Position numbers and translations under genes: made by a program. This document shows, one piece after another, positions 1 to 8,143 of a stretch of DNA of 34,566 nt. Under the pieces are notes generated by a model, which saw only the letters and a program-made list of their open reading frames with translations, made no database searches and was not told the origin of the DNA. The DNA is from a virus (lineage: Duplodnaviria; Caudoviricetes). The DNA is taken from IMG/VR virus record IMGVR_UViG_3300036783_000092, positions 1-34,566 of that record; one strand, written 5' to 3'. Within the stretch, counting starts at the first letter, position 1; each line of letters opens with the position of its first letter.

Positions 1-740
1 AAACTGTTTAAGGTTTCCTGCGATGATTTGACCGGCGCAATCAGGTTGTTAAACCAGTCCCATGCGGCTTTCAGTTTTCCGCCCAGCCAGTCAAACATCG
101 GTTTAAGCGGTGTAAACAGTTCAGCTACTGGCGCAAATGCGACCCGCAACCCTTCAATCACACCGCCGAAAAATGCGCTGATGGGCTCCCAATATTTACG
201 GATGAGCAATGCCCCGGCGACAATCGCAGCCACAACAGCGACAACCGGCCAGGAAATCGCACCAATAGCGGTAATGATGCCTCCGGCCACCGTTGTAAAT
301 ACGGTACCGAGCGCCGTCGCAGCGGCGATGATGGCATTAACTCCCGTTATAACCGGCCAAGCAATCAGCCCAATGGCCCCAATCATACCCACCACGCCAA
401 GCGCCACGGCGGTAATCACCCCCAGCGTCTGCGCGAACTCTTTATTTCGCTGGATCCACTTATCAAGTTTGAGCACGTAGCCCGTCGCAGTCTGCACCAG
501 TTTGCGTAATGAGGATTCCTGCTGGTCAAACAGGTCGGTGCCAACAGCCTCATACGCAGACTGAAACTCTTTGAAGTCGCCGCCGAGGTTATCCTGCATA
601 ACTTTAACCAGCTCCTCGGTCTTGCCGTCCGAGGCTTTAAATGCCGCCGTCAGCTTATCGAGTTTCCCGCTGGCCGCAGCGTCTAACAGGGCATTAGACG
701 ATTTCAGCGCTTCCTCACCGAATATCGTTTTCAGGTATTC
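1..740 (-). pseudogene. C-terminal part of a P2-like tail tape measure gene (gpT), cut off by the prophage insertion; runs off the window edge
   Basis: Minus strand from 740 reads EYLKTIFGEEALKSSNALLDAAASGKLDKLTAAFKASDGKTEELVKVMQDNLGGDFKEFQSAYEAVG..., typical of P2-family gpT; continues in frame from the fragment at 33638..34566. Confidence 0.9.
737..740 (+). repeat. Left copy of target-site duplication (ATTC; TATTC if 5 bp)
   Basis: ATTC directly precedes the terminal TG at 741 and recurs at 33638..33641; removing the element and one copy restores GGC GAA TAC in gpT. Confidence 0.85.
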
Positions 741-878
741 TGTTACGAGGGAAATCATTTGATATTACCGGGAAGAGAAGGAATTAACCGGGAATCCGCG
801 GGATTACTGGCTCTGCCTTGTTTAGGCATTTGATACCAGTCAAAGAGAAATTGAGCCGATCGGCAAAACTTTTGATAC
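741..878 (+). repeat. Left end (attL) with three probable transposase-binding sites
   Basis: CATTTGATAT (756..765), CATTTGATAC (827..836), AAAACTTTTGATAC (865..878); the same motif occurs inverted three times at the right end. Confidence 0.75.
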
Positions 879-993
879 TGTTACTTGAAAGCCTTCAATG
901 GTTAAAAGGCGGTGTTCAAAACCAATTCTATCACACTTCAAAAACAACAAGCCGGTTAATGAGTCTAGCCTTAGCATTTACCGACAGCAAACT

Positions 994-1557
994 TTAACCG
1001 GCCTTCTTGGTTGTTTCGGAAAGGTCTGTTTTGGCTACGCCCTGATCGCTCTCAGATGACCCTTTTTTCAGTTGTTCATTGAGTCTCAATAAGCGTTCTT
1101 TCTCATCAAGGCTCAGGCCCATCAGTGTTCTGTCTGCTTCTGCTATAGAAGCGATAAGACCGACCATGCTACGAGCCCCTTCTTTCAAACAATAATCGAG
1201 TACTTCTTTCTGTTCTTCTGGACCGAGGGTATCAAAAATCATGTTCCATGTGCTTTTGACAGGGTCGGCATAAGCAGCATTGGACATGTTGGAACCTTCC
1301 AGGTGATTCAAATTAGAATCAACACCAAAGGCTAACCAATCCAGTGTTACATGCTCTTTTGATGCGATTGCTTGCATAGCTGAAAAGGAGGGTTCAGTCC
1401 CTCTCGATAGATAGTTGTTGAGCGTAGAGAAAGATAGCCCCCAATCCTTAGCTGCAGCCCTAACACTGCGGCTACCCACAAGCGATTTCAGTCTCTTGAT
1501 AAAGCTTTCTTTTCTGTCTTCATCAAAAGCAATTTCATTTGCTTTTCCAGCGGCCAT
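994..1557 (-). CDS. Prophage immunity repressor (Cro/CI-type HTH, no S24 peptidase domain evident)
   Basis: HTH SVRAAAKDWGLSFSTLNNYLSRGTEPS...LDWLAFG; divergent from ner at the left end, the position of Mu c. Confidence 0.85.
   Translation of the reverse strand: MAAGKANEIAFDEDRKESFIKRLKSLVGSRSVRAAAKDWGLSFSTLNNYLSRGTEPSFSAMQAIASKEHVTLDWLAFGVDSNLNHLEGSNMSNAAYADPVKSTWNMIFDTLGPEEQKEVLDYCLKEGARSMVGLIASIAEADRTLMGLSLDEKERLLRLNEQLKKGSSESDQGVAKTDLSETTKKAG
1525..1546. promoter_or_regulatory. Palindromic candidate operator
   Basis: AAAAGCAA-N6-TTGCTTTT perfect inverted repeat; ATTTGCTTT recurs at 1644..1652. Confidence 0.4.
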
Positions 1558-1570
1558 TTTCTTTCCCAGT

Positions 1571-1583
1571 TAACGTATTGATT
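1571..1583 (-). promoter_or_regulatory. IHF binding site
   Basis: Reverse complement AATCAATACGTTA matches WATCAANNNNTTR exactly; Mu has an IHF site in the same c-ner interval. Confidence 0.7.
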
Positions 1584-1649
1584 ATAAAGGTAATGATTCA
1601 AATTTGATTTGAGTGATCACAATAAGACAAAAGAAAGATTCATATTTGC

Positions 1650-1678
1650 TTTACGTGATGCTTATTTGGATCAATACT
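1650..1678 (+). promoter_or_regulatory. Candidate early promoter (Pe)
   Basis: TTTACG-17 bp-AATACT upstream of ner. Confidence 0.45.
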
Positions 1679-1685
1679 ATTCCCA

Positions 1686-1719
1686 CGGATAACCCCGTCG
1701 GATAACTCCGGCGGATAAC
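1686..1719 (+). repeat. Three tandem CGGATAAC repeats with a 13-bp period
   Basis: Exact copies at 1686, 1699 and 1712, between the candidate Pe and the ner start. Confidence 0.85.
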
Positions 1720-1738
1720 TTTTAAGAGTAAACGAACT

Positions 1739-1963
1739 ATGGAAAGAAATGAAGTGCGTGACTGGCATCGCATTGACATTGTCGCCGAGCTTCACAAGCG
1801 TGGCGTGACAATGCGCAGCCTTTCCACCAGCGCCGGGTTAAGCCCCGACACGCTGAAAAATGCGCTGGCTCGTTCATATCCTAAAGGTGAGCGCATCATT
1901 GCGAGTGCTCTCAATCTGGAACCCTCTTCAATCTGGCCAAGCCGATACAACAAGGATTTGTGA
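1739..1963 (+). CDS. ner: Ner-family transcriptional regulator
   Basis: DWHRIDIVAELHKRG...TLKNALARSYPKGERIIASAL...IWPSRY is the Ner/Nlp signature; first early gene. Confidence 0.95.
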   Translation: MERNEVRDWHRIDIVAELHKRGVTMRSLSTSAGLSPDTLKNALARSYPKGERIIASALNLEPSSIWPSRYNKDL

Positions 1964-1965
1964 TC

Positions 1966-4059
1966 ATGTTTGTCACTGTGAATGAATTAGTTGGCCTTCC
2001 CGGCTTGCCCGGCACTCAGCAGGGGATTCGCGGGATGATGAACAAGCGGACGGCTGATGCGCCAGCACTTGTGCGCAAGCGTCAGGGCACAAAGGCTTTC
2101 GAATATCACATTGACTGCCTTCCTGACACTGCTCAGAAAGCGCTACGTGCTCGCCAGATTAAAGAACTGATGAACGGTTCGCCAAAAGAGCTGCCTGTCG
2201 CCACAGCCGTCACACCGGCGACACCTCGGATTAAAGGTGCCGAGGAAAGTAAAATCGCGGTTTATCGTAAGTGCCCGGCCTTGATGGAACAGAAACTGAA
2301 CGCTCTGACAGCTGCGCAACGTGAGACCGCCGATGCACGTATGGCGCTGGTCGTGGAGGCCATGCGTCTCGGTGAACTTCCGGGGTACAGCCGGGCTAGA
2401 GCTATCCGTGAAATCGTGCGTCAGGCACAGACTGGCGAGCTGCCTGTGCGTCTCGCGGAGGCTGTTTCTACTGCGAACGCCAAAAAAGGTGCTTCTCGTT
2501 CGCTGAGTGAAATATCGCTGAAACGCTGGGTCGCAGATTTTAATAAGACCCGCTCACCGGCAGAACGCCTGCTTATGCTGGCTCCCGGTAAGCGTCAGAT
2601 TGTTAAGCCTGAAGAAATTAAATGGTTACCTGAATTTTTGAGTTTTTACCGTCGCCCGGATGGCCGGGGCATTCAGGAAGCCTATGACGACTTTGCCATT
2701 GAATGGGCCCAGCGTTATCAGGATGACACCATGATGGCTGCGGCGATCCCTTCTTACGATCAGGTGTGCTACGCCATGAATAAATTACCTGTTGTTGTTA
2801 AGCAGAAAGGCCGCATCACCGGCAGCGAGTTCCGTCAGTATGAGGGCTTTGTCCGCCGTGACTGGGAATCACTTCCGGTTAATTACGTGTGGATTGGCGA
2901 CGGTCACGGCATGAAAATGAAAGTGGCTCATCCCGACCACGGAAACCCGTTCTCACCTGAAGTCACATTCATCATGGACGGGAGCTGCCGCTTCATTGTC
3001 GGATGGAGTCTGGCGTTGTCTGAAAGCGTGATTGCCGTTGCTGACGCGCTGCGCCACGGCATTAAAAATCACGGAAAACCGTTCCTGTATTACTCCGATA
3101 ACGGTGGTGGTGAGACCAACAATACATTCGATGCCGAGTTGACGGGTATTTTACCCCGCCTCGGTATCGATCACCGGCTGGGTATCCCCGAGAACCCACA
3201 GGGGCGAGGCATCATTGAACGCCTTAACCGCTCGCTGGCCATGCGTATTTCGCGTCAGTTTGCAACCTATTACGGCACCGGCGCAGACCGTGGCACGGTA
3301 CGCCGCATGACCAAAGCGCTACAGTCCGCGACGAACGCGGCTAATAAGGGCAAAGAGCTGAGTGCAAGACAGCAGCAGACGCTGCGCGATCTCCCATCGT
3401 GGGAATCACTGATAGAACATATTGAAGCGGGCGTGGAATGGTACAACAACCGTCCTCATGATTCATTGCCGCTGCGCGGCGATGGTGAGCATTTCACCCC
3501 GGCACAGTTCCGCCGTTACAAACTGGAAAAAGAAGCCACTGAAATTGAATGGCTGTCAGATCTGGAACTGCGTGAGATGTTCATGCCACAGATTGAACGT
3601 ACCGTGAATCGTTGCGAGGTTCGTCTGTTTAACAACCTGTATTACTCGGCTGAGCTGAATAACGAGCACGGTAATAAAGTGCTCGTTAATTACGATATTC
3701 ATGACGCAACAAAAGTCGTTATTCGTCGCCTCGATGGCTCATTTATCTGTGAGGCTATCTGGGATGGCAATAAACAGCAGGCATTCCCGGTTACTGCCGA
3801 ATATCACCAGCGTCAGCAGCGTATCAAAGGGATGCGTCAGCGTGGAGAGGAAAAAGTCCGCCTGGCTGAGGCTGAGAACGTTCATACCCTACCAGCGCCT
3901 GAGGCGCAGGAATGGCTGCACGGTAACGTGTACCGCCCCACCAGAAGCGCATCTCCGGTGATGCTGGCGGAAGTCGAAGAGGCTGAATACAGCGAGGATG
4001 AGTTTCTGAATAACTCGCTGGATATTCTGGAATCAAATAAACGTAAAAACGCTATTTAA
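1966..4059 (+). CDS. A: MuA-like DDE transposase
   Basis: N-terminal Mu-type HTH (ELVGLPGLPGT...EYHIDCLP); catalytic motifs WIGDGH, YSDNG, GIIERLN; YNNRPH; GTG at 1960 is an alternative start. Confidence 0.97.
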   Translation: MFVTVNELVGLPGLPGTQQGIRGMMNKRTADAPALVRKRQGTKAFEYHIDCLPDTAQKALRARQIKELMNGSPKELPVATAVTPATPRIKGAEESKIAVYRKCPALMEQKLNALTAAQRETADARMALVVEAMRLGELPGYSRARAIREIVRQAQTGELPVRLAEAVSTANAKKGASRSLSEISLKRWVADFNKTRSPAERLLMLAPGKRQIVKPEEIKWLPEFLSFYRRPDGRGIQEAYDDFAIEWAQRYQDDTMMAAAIPSYDQVCYAMNKLPVVVKQKGRITGSEFRQYEGFVRRDWESLPVNYVWIGDGHGMKMKVAHPDHGNPFSPEVTFIMDGSCRFIVGWSLALSESVIAVADALRHGIKNHGKPFLYYSDNGGGETNNTFDAELTGILPRLGIDHRLGIPENPQGRGIIERLNRSLAMRISRQFATYYGTGADRGTVRRMTKALQSATNAANKGKELSARQQQTLRDLPSWESLIEHIEAGVEWYNNRPHDSLPLRGDGEHFTPAQFRRYKLEKEATEIEWLSDLELREMFMPQIERTVNRCEVRLFNNLYYSAELNNEHGNKVLVNYDIHDATKVVIRRLDGSFICEAIWDGNKQQAFPVTAEYHQRQQRIKGMRQRGEEKVRLAEAENVHTLPAPEAQEWLHGNVYRPTRSASPVMLAEVEEAEYSEDEFLNNSLDILESNKRKNAI

Positions 4060-4095
4060 TAGCGATTAAATGACATTCAAATAATGGAGAGAATT

Positions 4096-5043
4096 ATGTC
4101 TCACGTGAATATTACTGATATTCGCGAGGTTCTGCGCAACCTCGTAGATGGTACTCGTTTTACTTTTGCTCAGGTTGGCCGTGAAACCGGACTTTCCCCA
4201 AGCGTGATCAGTGGTTTCATGAATAACAAATACACCGGCGATAACAACCGTGTGGAAAAAGCCCTGCAGCGCTGGATTGATAAACAACACTCCGCCGCCG
4301 AACTGCCGGAGCCCCCGCGCTTTATTGAGACGCCGACCGTTAAACAAATCTGGACAGCGTTCCGCTATGCGCACCTCACCGAGTGTATCGGCGTGGTCTG
4401 CGGTAACCCCGGTGTGGGTAAATCTGAAGCGGCGCGTGAATACCGCCGTAGTAATGACAACGTCTGGATGATTACGGTAACGCCAGCCTGTGCCAGCGTT
4501 CTGGAGTGTCTGACCGAGCTGGCTTATGAACTGGGGATGAACGATGCACCGCGTCGCAAAGGTCCTCTGGCCCGTTCGCTGCGCCGCCGCCTTGATGGTA
4601 CTCAGGGCCTCATCATTATCGATGAGGCTGACCATCTGGGCGCTGAGACGCTGGAAGAGCTGCGACTGCTTCAGGAGGCCACCCGCGTTGGTATGGTGCT
4701 GATGGGTAACCATCGTGTCTATTCCAACATGACCGGGGGAAATCGTACCGTCGAGTTCGCCCGGCTGTTCTCCCGCATCGCCAAGCGCGTGGCCATCAAT
4801 AAGACCAAAAAAGCGGATGTGGTCGCCATTGCTGATGCCTGGCAAATTCACGGCGAGAAAGAGCGCGAACTGCTGCAGCAGATAGCGCAGAAACCGGGGG
4901 CTTTGCGTATTCTCAGTCACTCCCTGCGGCTGGCGGCAATGACCGCACACGGTGCCGGTGACACGGTGAACGAGGCATACATTCTGAAAGCATTCCGCGA
5001 TCTGGATCTGGATGTTGATGTTTCAACTTTACTGAGGGGCTAA
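4096..5043 (+). CDS. B: MuB-like AAA+ transposition ATPase
   Basis: N-terminal HTH, Walker A GNPGVGKS, Walker B IIIDEA; GGAGA RBS before ATG 4096 (alternative start 4084). Confidence 0.96.
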   Translation: MSHVNITDIREVLRNLVDGTRFTFAQVGRETGLSPSVISGFMNNKYTGDNNRVEKALQRWIDKQHSAAELPEPPRFIETPTVKQIWTAFRYAHLTECIGVVCGNPGVGKSEAAREYRRSNDNVWMITVTPACASVLECLTELAYELGMNDAPRRKGPLARSLRRRLDGTQGLIIIDEADHLGAETLEELRLLQEATRVGMVLMGNHRVYSNMTGGNRTVEFARLFSRIAKRVAINKTKKADVVAIADAWQIHGEKERELLQQIAQKPGALRILSHSLRLAAMTAHGAGDTVNEAYILKAFRDLDLDVDVSTLLRG

Positions 5044-5045
5044 CG

Positions 5046-5285
5046 ATGTTTCCTGAACTGATTTCTTCACATGTGCGGCAGGCTATGGCCACACAGGCGC
5101 TGTTGCACAAAAAAGGCTGTCTGGTTACCGATTTCCGGCAATCCCCGGCTCGTCCGGTACTGGAAGTGTCCTGTCCTCCGGTTGAGCTTCTGGAAAAAGC
5201 GGTTCGCATTGTCGAGCGTGATAAATCGGGAACGCGATCAATCTGGGTCGCTTCGTTCAATGGTTGTCGGATTATCTGGAGGTAA
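5046..5285 (+). CDS. Small early hypothetical protein
   Basis: 79 aa, GAGG RBS, packed directly after B; ends in ...FNGCRIIWR. Confidence 0.75.
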   Translation: MFPELISSHVRQAMATQALLHKKGCLVTDFRQSPARPVLEVSCPPVELLEKAVRIVERDKSGTRSIWVASFNGCRIIWR

Positions 5286-5287
5286 TA

Positions 5288-5575
5288 ATGGAAAGTCGCC
5301 GTATGTGGACAAGAAAAGAAATTCAGTTTGTCCGCGATAATGCAGGGAAAATGACTGCGCAGGAAATGGGTAATCATATTAACCGGACCCGTTCAGCCAT
5401 TTGCGCGCAGGCGAACCGCTGGGGAATATCAGTTCAGGTTCAGACCGCCAGCGACCATGACGCATGGCTTTGCCGTGAGCTTTATAAAGAGGGGCTAACC
5501 ATTCCGGTTATCGCTGAGAAAATGGAATTAAGTAACCGAGCCGTTTCAAATATCGTGTTTTCAGGTGCTAATTAA
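5288..5575 (+). CDS. Small DNA-binding protein with two HTH-like units
   Basis: WTRKEIQFVR...TAQEMGNHINRT and EGLTIPVIAEKMELSNRAV; GGAGG RBS before ATG 5288. Confidence 0.75.
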   Translation: MESRRMWTRKEIQFVRDNAGKMTAQEMGNHINRTRSAICAQANRWGISVQVQTASDHDAWLCRELYKEGLTIPVIAEKMELSNRAVSNIVFSGAN

Positions 5576-5589
5576 TTGAGTGAGGTTTT

Positions 5590-6207
5590 ATGAATACTGC
5601 AAACAGCATCCCTGAGGGATATCGCGTAAATGCACAGGGTCATTATGTCCCTGAGTCACAGATTAAACCGCTGGATATGTTACGTGATGAAGTTGTACTG
5701 AGCATCGTCTCTGCTGCCCGCCAGCAACGTCAGGCACTGGCTGAGTTCAAGATTGAATCAATGTCAAAGATTGGCGACTTCATTGACCTGTCCGCTGCTG
5801 AGTATGGCGTTGAATATGGCGGGACTAAGGGAAATGTCACGCTGGTTAGCTTTGATGGCCGCTATAAACTGGTTCGCGCCGTGGGTGAGCACCGCGTCTT
5901 TGACGAACGCATTCAGGCCGCCAAAAAGCTGATAGATACCTGTATCAGTGAATGGTCTGGTGGTGCCGATGAAAAAATCATGGCGCTGGTCGATCATGCC
6001 TTCCGCGTGAATAAACAGGGCAAGATTGATATCAATCAGGTACTGGGGTTACGTCAATTGAATATCGATGACCCGAAATGGAATGAGGCTATGGACGCGG
6101 TAGCTGATGCAATTCAGGTGACCGGGACCAGTCAATATTTACGCTTATATGAACGCCAGCCAGATGGTGTATATAAGCAAATATCACTGGATTTAGCCAA
6201 GCTCTGA
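5590..6207 (+). CDS. DUF3164-like early protein of Mu-like phages
   Basis: Y(R)VNAQGHYVPESQIKPLD...GGTKGNVTLVSFDG...FDERIQAAKKLID...YLRLYER pattern; GAGG RBS. Confidence 0.8.
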   Translation: MNTANSIPEGYRVNAQGHYVPESQIKPLDMLRDEVVLSIVSAARQQRQALAEFKIESMSKIGDFIDLSAAEYGVEYGGTKGNVTLVSFDGRYKLVRAVGEHRVFDERIQAAKKLIDTCISEWSGGADEKIMALVDHAFRVNKQGKIDINQVLGLRQLNIDDPKWNEAMDAVADAIQVTGTSQYLRLYERQPDGVYKQISLDLAKL

Positions 6208-6230
6208 ATATTCATTAATTAACTTTGTTT

Positions 6231-6272
6231 AATTTCCGGCGTCAGCGCCGTGGGGTTGCTCACGCCGAAATT
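6231..6272 (+). other. Long imperfect intergenic hairpin without U-tract
   Basis: AATTTCCGGCGTCAGC pairs with GCTCACGCCGAAATT (one bulge, one mismatch). Confidence 0.65.
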
Positions 6273-6287
6273 CAGTAAGGACTTATT

Positions 6288-6785
6288 ATGAACACCAAAA
6301 ATACTGCTATTTATGATGCGGCCTTATCTAAATGGGGATTTGAATCTCAGGTGCTGGTGCTTTCTGAAGAAGCCAGTGAACTCGCCGCTTCCTGTTCGCG
6401 TTTTCTGAACAAGAAAACTGACAGCACCAAAGTTGCCGAAGAAGCCGCGGACGTCGAAATTATGATTGAACAGCTACGTCATAACGGAATGGGTCCCATG
6501 ATTGACCATGAAAAAAATCGCAAAATGACCCGACTGGCTCAGGTTGTCGGTGTTGGTGTTGAATCACAACTGGTCAGCCCGTTCGGTCCGTCAGTTCAGG
6601 GTCTGCTTGAAGAGGTTTCCGAGCAACTGGAACTGGCCGACACGCTTTATCGCGACACAAAGACCAGTAATCGTTACGCAGCTGCACGGGTACGAATGGC
6701 AGTTAGTCTGCTGATGCAGGCGGCGCAAAAGATGATCCGCGAACAGCAATTCGCCGACCGCCAGCAAGCGGGAGATGGCGTATGA
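6288..6785 (+). CDS. MazG-like nucleotide pyrophosphohydrolase domain protein with a C-terminal helical extension
   Basis: EEASEL...VAEEAADV matches the EExxE...ExxD metal-binding motif of all-alpha NTP-PPases. Confidence 0.65.
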   Translation: MNTKNTAIYDAALSKWGFESQVLVLSEEASELAASCSRFLNKKTDSTKVAEEAADVEIMIEQLRHNGMGPMIDHEKNRKMTRLAQVVGVGVESQLVSPFGPSVQGLLEEVSEQLELADTLYRDTKTSNRYAAARVRMAVSLLMQAAQKMIREQQFADRQQAGDGV

Positions 6786-7336
6786 ACCGTGCAAATGCAA
6801 TCCAGATTATCCATATCGCAAAAAATCAGCTCGCGCTTGATGATGAAACCTATCGCTCCCTGTTGGGGGCGGTGGTTCCCGGTAAAGCCAGTTGTCGCGA
6901 TATGACCATTGCCGAGCTTCAGTCTGTTATTAAGGCGCTGGAATCCAAAGGATTTAAAAGTAAGCCCAATGTGCGCTCGAAGCGCCGCATGTCAGCACCA
7001 TCAGCGACAAGCCTTAAAGTCAGGGCAATATGGAAAACGATGTTCAACGACGGTTTTATCCGGGACGACAGCGATATTGCGCTTGATCGTTTTGTTCAGC
7101 GCCAGACGCGCATCCGAAATGGTGGTGCAGGTGTCTCCAGTCTTGAATGGTTGCGGCCAGATACGGAAGACAATCTGCTTGAAAGCCTGAAGCAATGGCA
7201 CATCCGGGAAATGAAAAAGGCCATGCTGGCCCATCATGCACGACTACCGGAGAATCCTGTCACCGGTGATGAAAGTCGGGACTATGACACAATCTGCAGC
7301 GGTTACGCTGAGGTGGCCAAAAGGTGGAAAAAATGA
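6782..7336 (+). CDS. gemA: GemA/gp16-family regulatory protein
   Basis: IHIAKNQLALDDETYRSLL...GKASCRDMT...KVRAIW...LESLKQW. Confidence 0.88.
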   Translation: MNRANAIQIIHIAKNQLALDDETYRSLLGAVVPGKASCRDMTIAELQSVIKALESKGFKSKPNVRSKRRMSAPSATSLKVRAIWKTMFNDGFIRDDSDIALDRFVQRQTRIRNGGAGVSSLEWLRPDTEDNLLESLKQWHIREMKKAMLAHHARLPENPVTGDESRDYDTICSGYAEVAKRWKK

Positions 7337-7725
7337 GTGATGATCTCTTTGGTGATGTTCAGGACGACAGCATTCTGGACCACATCGATGATGAGATGGA
7401 GAGCTCCCGCTTTCCCTCGTTGCTGTCTGAGCTAAATGCACTATTACGCCGGGAACTGGAACGTCTGGGCTATGACCCGCGTCATTCCATCGAACTGGTG
7501 GCCGCCATCAGTAGTAAAATCGGCGGGATGCAGGTTTACTTTCCTCGCGGTCAGGTTTTGGAGCAGCTTGTCAGAGATATGCGCATCTGGCGTGATTTTC
7601 AGGGTAATAACATCCCTGAACTGGTTGAGCGCTACCAGGTAACCTATAAAACGGTGTATAAAGCTATCAAGCGAATGCGAAGGCTTGAAGTGAGCAAAAG
7701 GCAATATTCTCTAGACATGGAGTGA
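7333..7725 (+). CDS. mor: Mor/C-family transcription activator
   Basis: IGGMQVYFPRG...RDMRIWRDFQGNNIPELVERYQVTYKTVYKAI; ATGA overlap with gemA. Confidence 0.92.
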   Translation: MSDDLFGDVQDDSILDHIDDEMESSRFPSLLSELNALLRRELERLGYDPRHSIELVAAISSKIGGMQVYFPRGQVLEQLVRDMRIWRDFQGNNIPELVERYQVTYKTVYKAIKRMRRLEVSKRQYSLDME

Positions 7726-7729
7726 TTGA

Positions 7730-8050
7730 GTGATGGGCGGGATATTGATTGATGTTGTAATTGTTGTATGTGTGTTTTGGGTGTTTTTTGACGCTGCAAA
7801 TAACAAGATTGGCACTTATGTTGTCACTGACGGTATTCAAAAAGGGTACAGGAAAGGACTTCACCCTGTAATATGGGGAATCCTTTGTCTATTGATTTTC
7901 CCGTTCTTCCTATATTTGTTCCGTAGGAGTTCATTAATTTCTACTGCAAAGAATAACCCAGCAGAAACAGACAAAAGTAAGGGATTTATAGTATTGTTTG
8001 TTCTTGTCGCGATGCTCTTGCTTTACAACTATCGAGACATATTGTTTTAA
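7730..8050 (+). CDS. AT-rich three-TM membrane protein (moron)
   Basis: Three hydrophobic stretches; visibly more AT-rich than its neighbours. Confidence 0.75.
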   Translation: MMGGILIDVVIVVCVFWVFFDAANNKIGTYVVTDGIQKGYRKGLHPVIWGILCLLIFPFFLYLFRRSSLISTAKNNPAETDKSKGFIVLFVLVAMLLLYNYRDILF

Positions 8051-8062
8051 AATCATTTTCAA

Positions 8063-8104
8063 TGAAGCCGGTAAATCCGGCTTTTTTTATGCCTGCAACA
8101 AAAT
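8063..8104 (+). promoter_or_regulatory. Terminator-like dyad plus candidate late promoter, copy 1 (lysis operon)
   Basis: AAGCCGG-TAAAT-CCGGCTT plus T-run; 8063..8094 is identical to 15721..15752; CAAAAT at 8099..8104. Confidence 0.8.
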
Positions 8105-8143
8105 GGGAAAAGTCAGATTCACTTTCCCCTGAAAGGTACAGGC

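Noticed and set aside
28-762. Plus-strand ORFs 28..480 and 571..762
   Set aside because: Antisense shadows of the Ala-rich tape-measure frame on the minus strand; no recognisable motifs.
951-1002. Inverted repeat GCCGGTTAA / TTAACCGGC near the repressor stop
   Set aside because: Only 9 bp with a 34-nt spacer and no U-tract; too weak to call a terminator or a third copy of the late element.
4066-4950. 294-aa minus-strand ORF
   Set aside because: Fully antisense to the clearly identified B gene; no motifs; typical shadow ORF.
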